From assembly GCF_910589165.1 (NCBI RefSeq), contig NZ_CAJUSP010000007.1: a stretch of DNA of 64,000 nucleotides, one strand, 5' to 3'. Below the pieces are notes generated by a model that saw only the letters and a list, made by a program, of their open reading frames with translations, was not told the DNA's origin and ran no database searches. Below are positions 55,270-62,638 of the stretch, in pieces. Within the stretch, counting starts at the first letter, position 1; every line of letters begins with the position of its first letter. The translations under genes were made by a program, and so were the position numbers. Origin of the DNA: an uncultured Adlercreutzia sp. (GTDB taxonomy: Bacteria; Actinomycetota; Coriobacteriia; Coriobacteriales; Eggerthellaceae).

Positions 55270-55288
55270 CAGCGCTTGCGGAAACAAT

Positions 55289-55561
55289 CTATGCTGAGGC
55301 CAAATCCCTGGCAACCAGCAACCTAAGATAGTCAGAGCGCGTGGCGCCAAGCTGCGCCGCTCGTGCATCGATCGCTGCTATGACGGCGGGGGTCTCCTTG
55401 AAGGTGATAGGACGCATGGGCTCGTCGAAAAGGGCTGGGCGGCCTATTCGAGGACGTCCGTACTCTTCGCGATTCCAACGTCCCTCCTCGAAAGAGGCAG
55501 CCAGCTCTTCGACCTGCTCTTCGGTCATTCCAAGCAGCTCGTTCATCTTCTCGCGGTTCAC
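55289..55561 (-). CDS. Ribbon-helix-helix (CopG-like) antitoxin-like protein
   Basis: C-terminus ITFKETPAVIAAIDARAAQLGATRSDYLRLLVARDLA is an RHH signature. Start is GTG 55561 (after GGAAGAGG) or ATG 55546. Confidence 0.6.
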   Translation of the reverse strand: MNREKMNELLGMTEEQVEELAASFEEGRWNREEYGRPRIGRPALFDEPMRPITFKETPAVIAAIDARAAQLGATRSDYLRLLVARDLASA

Positions 55562-55565
55562 AATT

Positions 55566-55835
55566 CTACCTCTTCCCCAGTCCAAGCTCCGCAAGCGTCT
55601 TCCGCGTCGGCGGCGTCATCGCATGAAAGATAACCCACGTACCAAGCGTCACCTTTTGCCCCACCATCTCAACAAGCCTACCGTGCATATCGGCTCCAAT
55701 GGCGATATAACGTACAGGATCCGTCCCAAGGCGCGGCAAGAAAACGATTGCGTTCTCCCAGGCAGCTAGAACATCGCTCTCACTGAGGTCGGGGTGTCGC
55801 TCCGTAATTCGCGGATGAACATACAAGCGATCCAT
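55566..55835 (-). CDS. Small uncharacterised protein, putative toxin partner of the RHH protein
   Basis: 89 aa, placed immediately upstream of and tightly coupled to the RHH gene. TTGACC-17nt-TACGAT promoter-like and AAGGAGG upstream. I do not recognise the family. Confidence 0.45.
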   Translation of the reverse strand: MDRLYVHPRITERHPDLSESDVLAAWENAIVFLPRLGTDPVRYIAIGADMHGRLVEMVGQKVTLGTWVIFHAMTPPTRKTLAELGLGKR

Positions 55836-55968
55836 GCCGCCTCCTTGCTAGCTAATATCGTATTACTAAAATAATATATGGTCAAGTTGCATTTTCTGGA
55901 AATTGATGAGCCGTAAGACAGCCGCAAATCGTATCGGCTATCAAACCCAAAAAGAGCTTACTCGCACA

Positions 55969-56099
55969 GAACCGTCAAAACGTCGGGGGGATTTCCCGTT
56001 TGCGGCCGCCCGCAAACCGTGACGCGGCCGCATTTTTGCTGCCTGCAAACCGTGACGGCGCCGCACCGCCGCCCCTCCCGCAACCGTCACAGAGCCGCA
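55969..56099. repeat. Repeat element A, copy 1 (131 bp, internally three sub-repeats of about 33 bp)
   Basis: Aligns by eye with 57352-57482. Contains GCAAACCGTGACG at 56012 and 56045 and the variant GCAACCGTCACAG at 56080. Confidence 0.85.
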
Positions 56100-56114
56100 A
56101 AGCAGCGAGAAAAC

Positions 56115-56148
56115 GCTGGAGGGCGGCACATCAGTGCCGCCCTCCAGC
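56115..56148 (-). terminator. GC-rich hairpin H1
   Basis: GCTGGAGGGCGGCAC-ATCA-GTGCCGCCCTCCAGC, directly downstream of the Rpn-like fragment. Confidence 0.6.
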
Positions 56149-56187
56149 TCGGTTGTCTAAGCCTTGACCGGCAGAACGCCCGGCGGA

Positions 56188-56571
56188 CTAAGCGCGTTCC
56201 TTGCTGAGCATCCGCTCGCGGAAGGCGACATCCTCGGCGGCGCGGGCGGCCTCCTCGACGCGCCCTTCCTTGAGCAAGCGAGCCATGAGCGCGGCCATCT
56301 CGCCCGCTCCCTCCTCGCGGCCCTCGGCGCGCTCGCGGCGGCAGCGCATGGCTATGTCCTCCTCCAGCATCATGACCCTGCTCACCCACTTCCGGTCGCT
56401 GTTGTACTCGTCGACGAGGGAGTCTATCTCGCGCGAGAGCTCGCCTCCCGCGCTGTCCTCGCGGAGGTATCTTAACAGATCGCAGAGGTCGGGGTCGGCG
56501 GCGTCGGCCCATGCGCGGGCGTTGGATGGCGCCGCGCCGCCGCCTCTCCCGCAGGCGTTGCACAACCGCAT
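56188..56571 (-). pseudogene. Probable 3' fragment of an Rpn/YhgA-like (PD-(D/E)XK putative transposase) gene, or a small standalone homologue of its C-terminal region
   Basis: DPDLCDLLRYL...NSDRKWVSRVMMLEEDIAMRCRRERAEGREEGAGEMAALMARLLKEGRVEEAARAAED resembles the C-terminal E-G-R-repeat region of that family. The first 22 or so codons are encoded by repeat A'. Confidence 0.35.
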
Positions 56572-56750
56572 TCCGGCGCAGAACGTTTGCCGGAGTCCGT
56601 GCGGCAGTATTGACCTGGATCAGAGCACCGATACCGCAAGTCGAAGGTGCGCGGAACGAGGAAACAATCGGAGAACAATGCGCAGAGAGCCTGTCGCTCA
56701 GACCGCACAAGAAGGGGAGGGGCGCTAGCCCCTCCCCTTGGTCTTCTCCG
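56505..56750. repeat. Partial repeat A (3' half) plus repeat B copy 1, including hairpin H2 (56712-56739)
   Basis: Aligns by eye with 57425-57668. Hairpin AAGGGGAGGGGC-GCTA-GCCCCTCCCCTT lies directly downstream of brnA. Confidence 0.8.
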
Positions 56751-56768
56751 GGACAAGCGGGAACCCGG

Positions 56769-57026
56769 CTAGCGTCCGGCTGCCGCCTTCCGCCGCTTCA
56801 GCCCCTCGTCAACGATCATCTTGATCACCGCCTGGCGGCTGATGGCCAGCCTGTCGGCCTCTTCGTCGAGATCGGCGATCATCCAATGGGGAAAGTCCAC
56901 ATTCACCCGCCGCGTTTCGTTGCGGCCGTCGACCATGACCCCGTTGTCCAAATCCACGTACTCGGAGATATCCGCGCCCTCGTCAAAGAGACGATCGAAC
57001 TCCTCAGCCGTTATAGTATCTGTCAT
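56769..57026 (-). CDS. brnA: BrnA-type antitoxin (CopG/RHH)
   Basis: EEFDRLFDEGADISEYVDL...RRVNVDFPHWMIADLDEEADRLAISRQAVIKMIV is typical of BrnA. Overlaps brnT by 23 nt. Confidence 0.8.
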   Translation of the reverse strand: MTDTITAEEFDRLFDEGADISEYVDLDNGVMVDGRNETRRVNVDFPHWMIADLDEEADRLAISRQAVIKMIVDEGLKRRKAAAGR

Positions 57027-57276
57027 AAGCGCTACGCTCCTTTCCCGTTGCGCGACGCACCGATATGATTCTCATACTGGCTCCTCGCCACGTTGTCACC
57101 GCCGTCCAGTACTCTCCCTCAATCCGGCCGACAACGATTTCCCTCTCCTCGCCTGTTACCTTTGCCACACTGACAACGAAATGCGGTGCATCCCAAAGAG
57201 CCTGGGCCTCCTCGAAGTTTATCCCGTGCTTTTCCTGATTGCTGATACTCTTATTTACATCATATTCAAACTCCAT
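57004..57276 (-). CDS. brnT: BrnT-family (DUF497) toxin
   Basis: MEFEYDVNKSISNQEKHGINFEEAQALWD...RIISVRRATGKERSAY is the canonical BrnT pattern. Start ATG 57276. Confidence 0.85.
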   Translation of the reverse strand: MEFEYDVNKSISNQEKHGINFEEAQALWDAPHFVVSVAKVTGEEREIVVGRIEGEYWTAVTTWRGASMRIISVRRATGKERSAYDRYYNG

Positions 57277-57351
57277 AGATATCCCCTTTTGGTATATACA
57301 GTATACCTTTTGAGTAATCCTCACTTGCTAATTTCAGAGCCTATCAAAACC

Positions 57352-57668
57352 GAACCGTCAAAACGTCGGGGGGATTTCCCGTTTGCAGTCGCCCGCAAAC
57401 CGTCGCGCAGCCGCATTTCCGCCGCCCGCAAACCGCGACGGCGCCGCATCGCCGCCCCTCCCGCAGCCGTCACAGAGCCGCATTCCCGCACGGAATCGCG
57501 CACAAAGCCCGTGCGGCAGTATCGGCTTGGATCGGGATCCCCGATACCGCAAGTCGAAGGTTAATCGAAGGCGCGCTGAACGAAGAAGCAATCGCAGAAT
57601 GAGGCACAGAGAGTCTGACTCAGACCGCACAAGAAGGGGAGGGGCGTTAGCCCCTCCCCTGGTCTTTC
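57352..57668. repeat. Contiguous repeat A copy 2 + repeat B copy 2, including hairpin H3 (57635-57660)
   Basis: A2 is 57352-57482 and B2 is 57478-57668. Hairpin AGGGGAGGGGC-GTTA-GCCCCTCCCCT. Confidence 0.85.
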
Positions 57669-58028
57669 CTATGTCGCGGCCCCCATCGGGCCGCCTGCCG
57701 CCCTCGGGCCTATGCGGCCAGCAGGGCCGCCAGATCCTCTCGGCTGGCGAACGGGCGCGGCTCGGCGTCGGGCTCGTGGGCGGGCACTACCTCGCCCTCC
57801 CAGACGTCGCCGCCCTTGTCGAACTTGCGCGAGCGCACCACCCAGCGAAACGCCGGGCGCGCCTTCTCGTCCAGCTCGGCCACCTCGTCGGGGAACGTCA
57901 TCCCCGCGAGCGTCCGCTCGAGCGCCGACAGCTCGTTCTCGCCGCGGTCGGGGGTCACAAGCCCGCTCTCCGGGTTGTACACCACGCCCTCGCCGACGAA
58001 CGCCAGGCGCATCTTCTCGCGGCGCTTG
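57669..58028. repeat. W-repeat copy 1 (360 bp)
   Basis: Essentially identical by eye to 60434-60793 and 62043-62402. One synonymous difference was seen, at the last Ala codon. Confidence 0.9.
57710..58012 (-). pseudogene. 5'-truncated copy of the W gene (C-terminal 100 codons only)
   Basis: Encodes MRLAFVGEGVVYNPESGLVTPDRGENELSALERTL...LAALLAA, identical to residues 65-164 of the full copy. Both TM helices are missing. Confidence 0.5.
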
Positions 58029-58032
58029 TCGA

Positions 58033-58068
58033 TTTTATCCCCCCATTTATCCCCCCATTTATCCCCCC
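58033..58068. repeat. Tandem 12-mer (T/A)TTTATCCCCCC x3
   Basis: Read directly from the sequence. Starts 5 nt after the W-repeat breakpoint and ends 36 nt before the start of the second AlbA_2 gene. Confidence 0.9.
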
Positions 58069-58104
58069 ACGTGCTTATGCCATAATGGCCACCAGGAGGA
58101 GCCT

Positions 58105-59487
58105 ATGAAGACCCTGGAAGAAATAGTCGAAGAACTTGCCGCTAGACCGTGTGAAGAAGAGTGGTTCGAATTCAAGACCAACTGCCACGAGGCAAACGTA
58201 ATTGGAGAGTACATCTCAGCGCTGTCCAACGCAGCCGCCCTTAAGGCCGCTGATGAAGGGTACCTACTTTGGGGAATCCACGACAAGACCCATGAAGTTG
58301 TCGGTACGGACTTCGACTACAGGGCCACAGTAAAAGGTGAGCCACTTGAACATTTTCTCGCTCGGCAATTGACTCCCGACACCGCCTTCTCCTTTGAGGA
58401 GGGACTCGTTGACCACAAACGCGTCGTAGTCATGAGAACGCCTCCGGCACGTCAGGTTCCTACCGCCTTCAACGGAAAGCGCTTTCTCCGCATCGGCTCC
58501 AGCAAAGTTAATCTCTCGCGGTTCCCCGAGAGGGAGGCGGCGCTCTTCAGAGCTCTCCTTCAAGATCCTCCGACCATGGAAAACACCCCTGCTGTAAGCC
58601 AGGAGATGAGTTTTACGAAACTCTTCACGCATTACGCAAACAGAGGCATTGAGCTGCGGCGGGACACTTTTGAAAAGAACCTGGGCCTGCTGACACCCGA
58701 CGGTGACAGAAATCTGCTTGCACAGCTGCTAAGCGACGACAGTAAAATACCAGTGAGGGTTTCGGTATTTCGGGGAAAAGACAAGACGACCCCTCTTGTA
58801 TCGGTTAGAGAGTTCGGCAACACCTGCCTCCTCTCGACTCTGGAGAAGATCTTGGAATACGGCGACGTGATAAACCTCATCCAGGCGGACGAGAGAAATC
58901 GAACCGTCGCAAGAGAAGAGTCCCCACTCTTCAATTCCGACGTATTCCGCGAAGCTGTTGTCAACGCTTTCGTCCACAATAAATGGGTCGACGGCAACGC
59001 CCCAATGGTCACCGTTTATTCCGATCGACTGGAGATAGTCTCCCGGGGTAAGCTCGGTTCAAGCCAAACTACTGAGGGCTTCTTCCGCGGGGAATCGATT
59101 CCCGTAAATCGAAGACTGTCCGATATCTTCCTTCAGCTTCACATAAGCGAGCGATCGGGGCGCGGCGTCCCCACTATCGTCGATGCGTACGGGCGCGACA
59201 CCTACGAGTTTAGGGAAAACTCGATCGCACTAACAATACCCTTCGCCTGGATACAGGAGCCCTATAGCCCAAGTGAAGCAATCTGCGAGGAGCCCCCTAG
59301 CCTTACACCTATCCAAGCCGATGTATACAATGCAATCAAAGCCAATCCGCATATTACCCAGCCACAACTGGTTGAGCTCCTCGGCAGCAGCCGGAACACC
59401 GTCCAACGCGCAGTATCCTCCTTGCGCGAAGCGGGCCTCATAGAGCGTGTCGGATCAAACAAAACCGGATACTGGGAGGTTCACTAG
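58105..59487 (+). CDS. AlbA_2 (Schlafen-like) + HATPase_c_4 + wHTH protein, second and divergent paralogue
   Basis: EEEWFEFKTN...ALSNAAALKAADEGYLLWGIHDKTHEVVGT (AlbA_2), VVNAFVHNKW...ERSGRGVPTI (HATPase_c_4-like), SRNTVQRAVSSLREAGLIERV (wHTH). AGGAGGA RBS. GC visibly lower than the flanks. Confidence 0.85.
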   Translation: MKTLEEIVEELAARPCEEEWFEFKTNCHEANVIGEYISALSNAAALKAADEGYLLWGIHDKTHEVVGTDFDYRATVKGEPLEHFLARQLTPDTAFSFEEGLVDHKRVVVMRTPPARQVPTAFNGKRFLRIGSSKVNLSRFPEREAALFRALLQDPPTMENTPAVSQEMSFTKLFTHYANRGIELRRDTFEKNLGLLTPDGDRNLLAQLLSDDSKIPVRVSVFRGKDKTTPLVSVREFGNTCLLSTLEKILEYGDVINLIQADERNRTVAREESPLFNSDVFREAVVNAFVHNKWVDGNAPMVTVYSDRLEIVSRGKLGSSQTTEGFFRGESIPVNRRLSDIFLQLHISERSGRGVPTIVDAYGRDTYEFRENSIALTIPFAWIQEPYSPSEAICEEPPSLTPIQADVYNAIKANPHITQPQLVELLGSSRNTVQRAVSSLREAGLIERVGSNKTGYWEVH

Positions 59488-59596
59488 CTGCTTATCACGA
59501 ACCAGTTAGAGAGAAGCTCCCGACCCTGGCCTGAGGGGCGCACCTACTTCTTCTTCTGGAAGCCGTGCAAGGCTACCAGCTGGAATCCGTCGTCTC

Positions 59597-60373
59597 TCAC
59601 TGCCCAAGAACACGCATATCTAGCTTCATCATGCAGTTTCCGGAGGCATCATTATTCTTTTCATAGTGGATTACCTCGAATCGGATCTCGGTTCTATCCG
59701 TGAAGACCTGTCCAACTACGCTGCGTCTGGAGATATCGACCTCTATGCTTGGCATTTCTATCTCCCTAAAAGCACGTGATACATCTACTCCATTCTCAGC
59801 ATATGGTAATTCGTTAAAACAGAAGAACGCTAGCGCCTCTAGGTAAACCGCAGGAAATGTAATACGTTGATCTTCCTCTTCCTGAATGAAGGCTAGGTAC
59901 TCTGTTTCGTCCATAGAATAATTCATGCCCTCAGAACCCACGACCAGCCTTACTTCGATACTGCCGTCTTGAAAGGGCTCGCTTACAGATGACGTTATAC
60001 GCGTTAGCCTCGCAAGAGAATCGAGATTGGCTGCCACCCGCCAGTCAAGCTCAACATCAAGAGCAGCTCCCTTGCCCACGTTTGCTAGGACAACACTCGG
60101 GATTGTAAGCGTATCGCTATGCTCCTTGCTAGCGTCTAAATCGGAGGAGTAGTTCGCAGCGTCTATTAACATGCCGCTTTGATTCCACGCTATGGAAACA
60201 TAGGAGCTGCTCAGTCTTATCTCAGACCGAGTCTCTATCTCGTTCGCATCACGTGTCAACTGCATCGTAGAAAATGATACTATCATTGCCAATATAGAAA
60301 CAACGACTGCAATTATAGAAACCACTGTCTCGACCCCACGTCGCCATTTGGACGATTGTTTCGCGTGCTTCAT
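59597..60373 (-). CDS. AT-rich gene V2: single-pass membrane-anchored protein of unknown family
   Basis: MKHAKQSSKWRRGVETVVSIIAVVVSILAMIVSF, then about 220 aa of soluble domain. Only the last 259 codons of track ORF 59597..60910 are credible. Confidence 0.65.
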   Translation of the reverse strand: MKHAKQSSKWRRGVETVVSIIAVVVSILAMIVSFSTMQLTRDANEIETRSEIRLSSSYVSIAWNQSGMLIDAANYSSDLDASKEHSDTLTIPSVVLANVGKGAALDVELDWRVAANLDSLARLTRITSSVSEPFQDGSIEVRLVVGSEGMNYSMDETEYLAFIQEEEDQRITFPAVYLEALAFFCFNELPYAENGVDVSRAFREIEMPSIEVDISRRSVVGQVFTDRTEIRFEVIHYEKNNDASGNCMMKLDMRVLGQ

Positions 60374-60385
60374 TGCTTTCCCCTT

Positions 60386-60933
60386 TGCAGCAAAGGGGAG
60401 GCGGCGCGTAAGCGCCGCCTCCCCTCTTGGTTGGCTATGTCGCGGCCCCATCAGACCGCTTGTCGCCCTCGGGCCTACGCGGCCAGCAGGGCCGCCAGAT
60501 CCTCTCGGCTGGCGAACGGGCGCGGCTCGGCGTCGGGCTCGTGGGCGGGCACTACCTCGCCCTCCCAGACGTCGCCGCCCTTGTCGAACTTGCGCGAGCG
60601 CACCACCCAGCGAAACGCCGGGCGCGCCTTCTCGTCCAGCTCGGCCACCTCGTCGGGGAACGTCATCCCCGCGAGCGTCCGCTCGAGCGCCGACAGCTCG
60701 TTCTCGCCGCGGTCGGGGGTCACAAGCCCGCTCTCCGGGTTGTACACCACGCCCTCGCCGACGAACGCCAGGCGCATCTTCTCGCGGCGCTTGGACTCGG
60801 CCCAGTAGATGCCGCCGATCACGGCGGCCACCACGGCCCACCAGGCCACGGCGACGATCAGGTCCAGCGGGTCGTCCACGTGGTTGAAGCCCAGGGCGAA
60901 CCACACCCACAGCAGCACCCCCGCAGCGACGGC
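60386..60933. repeat. W-repeat copy 2 (548 bp), including hairpin H4 (60394-60425)
   Basis: Matches 61991-62542. Within the coding part I saw a single synonymous difference (GAT/GAC). Confidence 0.9.
60475..60918 (-). pseudogene. N-terminally truncated W gene copy (lacks the first 12 codons)
   Basis: An in-frame TAA (60934-60936) sits exactly at the homology breakpoint. Only a GTG at 60918 could restart translation. Confidence 0.45.
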
Positions 60934-60976
60934 TTAGAGAAGCAGCGGATACTCCGAAATACTCCGAAGCAAGAAC

Positions 60977-61885
60977 CTACGCCTCCGCTACCACACATGA
61001 TGCTTCAGCATCTTTCTCGTCCAAACAGACGAGAGCGTCCTCTGGATTCATTTCAAGTACCTCTATGTCGTGACATAAAATGGCTATTCCGTACGGAGAC
61101 ATTTTTCTCCAAGAAAGCCTCGATTGCATATCGAGGAAGGCGCTGACAGAAAAGCCCATGACGACCGCTATGACTACTAACACTATAGTCAGTGCGAGAG
61201 TTTCCGCAACGTTATCGGGGCTTTTTTCCAAGCTGTTCAATAAATACGGGATCAATGCACCAGTTATCAAAGCGATAACTACAGTAGTAATCCGATCTTT
61301 GCTCCTTTTTTCTTCCTCGCCTGTCTTTCTATATTTTTCGTTTGTTATTTTTATAAAATTTTTATAATTCTCTTTTGTTATATAACCATTCTTTACCATG
61401 TTCGAGAACGTATCTAGTGCTGCGCGGGACTGATAACCCTTCCTAATCTCACCGTAGCTTGAAGATTCTATTCGGTCAACAACCGCAGCAACGGCCAATG
61501 CGATGAACACCACAACAAGCAGCACTTCAGGAAGTGCTTTTAGAATTATCAGAAGTTCTAACACCAACGCAACGATGAGTAAGCACAGCACTGCAAGGAA
61601 AAATCCACGACTACTCCTTGAGTCTATCCTTTTGGCCATCTTTGTAACACGTCCGTCCATCGTAGGATTTACTGAGGCATAGGAATCGAGCCACTTTACT
61701 CTCTCTTCCAGCCAGACTTTAGCGCACTTTTCGTACGTGAGAGGAGACTCTGGGGCATGGCAACCTCGAACATGGATCGTCTCCCCGCTAAGCTCGCTGT
61801 CTTCGACGGTTATTCGAGGCACCTTAGCAGTATGACACAGCGAATCTATGTCACTTCTAACAATAATGTCTATACTTACTGGCAT
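60977..61885 (-). CDS. AT-rich gene V1: 4-TM membrane protein with a ~95-aa N-terminal soluble domain, unknown family
   Basis: 302 aa. Hydrophobic pairs GFFLAVLCLLIVALVLELLIIL/VLLVVVFIALAVAAVV and ITTVVIALITGALIPYLL/LALTIVLVVIAVVMGFSV are separated by a K/E-rich segment. Sampled 60-nt lines have 17-40% GC. Confidence 0.65.
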   Translation of the reverse strand: MPVSIDIIVRSDIDSLCHTAKVPRITVEDSELSGETIHVRGCHAPESPLTYEKCAKVWLEERVKWLDSYASVNPTMDGRVTKMAKRIDSRSSRGFFLAVLCLLIVALVLELLIILKALPEVLLVVVFIALAVAAVVDRIESSSYGEIRKGYQSRAALDTFSNMVKNGYITKENYKNFIKITNEKYRKTGEEEKRSKDRITTVVIALITGALIPYLLNSLEKSPDNVAETLALTIVLVVIAVVMGFSVSAFLDMQSRLSWRKMSPYGIAILCHDIEVLEMNPEDALVCLDEKDAEASCVVAEA

Positions 61886-61990
61886 GCCTTATAAGCCTTT
61901 CTTAAACTATAATTTCTTTAATTATATCATCTCTCATACTGTTAGTTCCAGTCTGTGCTCTCTTGACAATCTCATCCGACCTGAGATTAC

Positions 61991-62542
61991 TGCAGCAACA
62001 AAGGAGAGGCGGCGCGTAAGCGCCGCCTCTCCTCTTGGTTGGCTATGTCGCGGCCCCCATCGGGCCGCCTGTCGCCCTCGGGCCTACGCGGCCAGCAGGG
62101 CCGCCAGGTCCTCTCGGCTGGCGAACGGGCGCGGCTCGGCGTCGGGCTCGTGGGCGGGCACTACCTCGCCCTCCCAGACGTCGCCGCCCTTGTCGAACTT
62201 GCGCGAGCGCACCACCCAGCGAAACGCCGGGCGCGCCTTCTCGTCCAGCTCGGCCACCTCGTCGGGGAACGTCATCCCCGCGAGCGTCCGCTCGAGCGCC
62301 GACAGCTCGTTCTCGCCGCGGTCGGGGGTCACAAGCCCGCTCTCCGGGTTGTACACCACGCCCTCGCCGACGAACGCCAGGCGCATCTTCTCGCGGCGCT
62401 TGGACTCGGCCCAGTAGATGCCGCCGATCACGGCGGCCACCACGGCCCACCAGGCCACGGCGACGATCAGGTCCAGCGGGTCGTCCACGTGGTTGAAGCC
62501 CAGGGCGAACCACACCCACAGCAGCACCCCCGCAGCGACGGC
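61991..62542. repeat. W-repeat copy 3 (552 bp), including hairpin H5 (62002-62033)
   Basis: See copies 1 and 2. This copy is embedded in the only full-length W gene. Confidence 0.9.
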
Positions 62543-62578
62543 CGCGATGGCAGTTACCAGCCAGTTGCTCTTTCTCAT
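62084..62578 (-). CDS. W: small 2-TM protein with a ~100-aa C-terminal soluble domain, unknown family (full-length copy)
   Basis: MRKSNWLVTAIAAVAAGVLLWVWFALGF...LIVAVAWWAVVAAVIGGIYWAESKRREKMRLAF.... GGAGAAC-type RBS (AAGGAGAACTAAG) before the ATG. Confidence 0.6.
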   Translation of the reverse strand: MRKSNWLVTAIAAVAAGVLLWVWFALGFNHVDDPLDLIVAVAWWAVVAAVIGGIYWAESKRREKMRLAFVGEGVVYNPESGLVTPDRGENELSALERTLAGMTFPDEVAELDEKARPAFRWVVRSRKFDKGGDVWEGEVVPAHEPDAEPRPFASREDLAALLAA

Positions 62579-62638
62579 CTTAGTTCTCCTTCCTGAGAAG
62601 AGGGGGCGCGGGTTTCCCGCCCGCGCCCTCGCGGTCGC

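Noticed and set aside
55941-57630. Small ORFs inside repeats A and B (for example 56019..56207, 56472..56756, 57358..57630)
   Set aside because: Their translations are Arg/Cys/Pro-rich, differ in frame between the two repeat copies, and have no RBS. The repeats look non-coding.
59597-60910. 437-aa ORF spanning V2 and the W-repeat
   Set aside because: This is a chimeric read-through. The N-terminal 178 or so residues are Arg/Gly/Pro-rich translation of the antisense/other frame of W copy 2 and the hairpin. The credible gene starts at ATG 60373 (MKHAKQ...).
55938-62578. Classical integron or CALIN cassette array
   Set aside because: No intI-type tyrosine recombinase is present. The A/B elements do not show the R''-L''/L'-R' imperfect-palindrome architecture or the GTTRRRY/RYYYAAC cores of attC sites. 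I keep only the loose analogy of same-strand cassettes separated by repeats.
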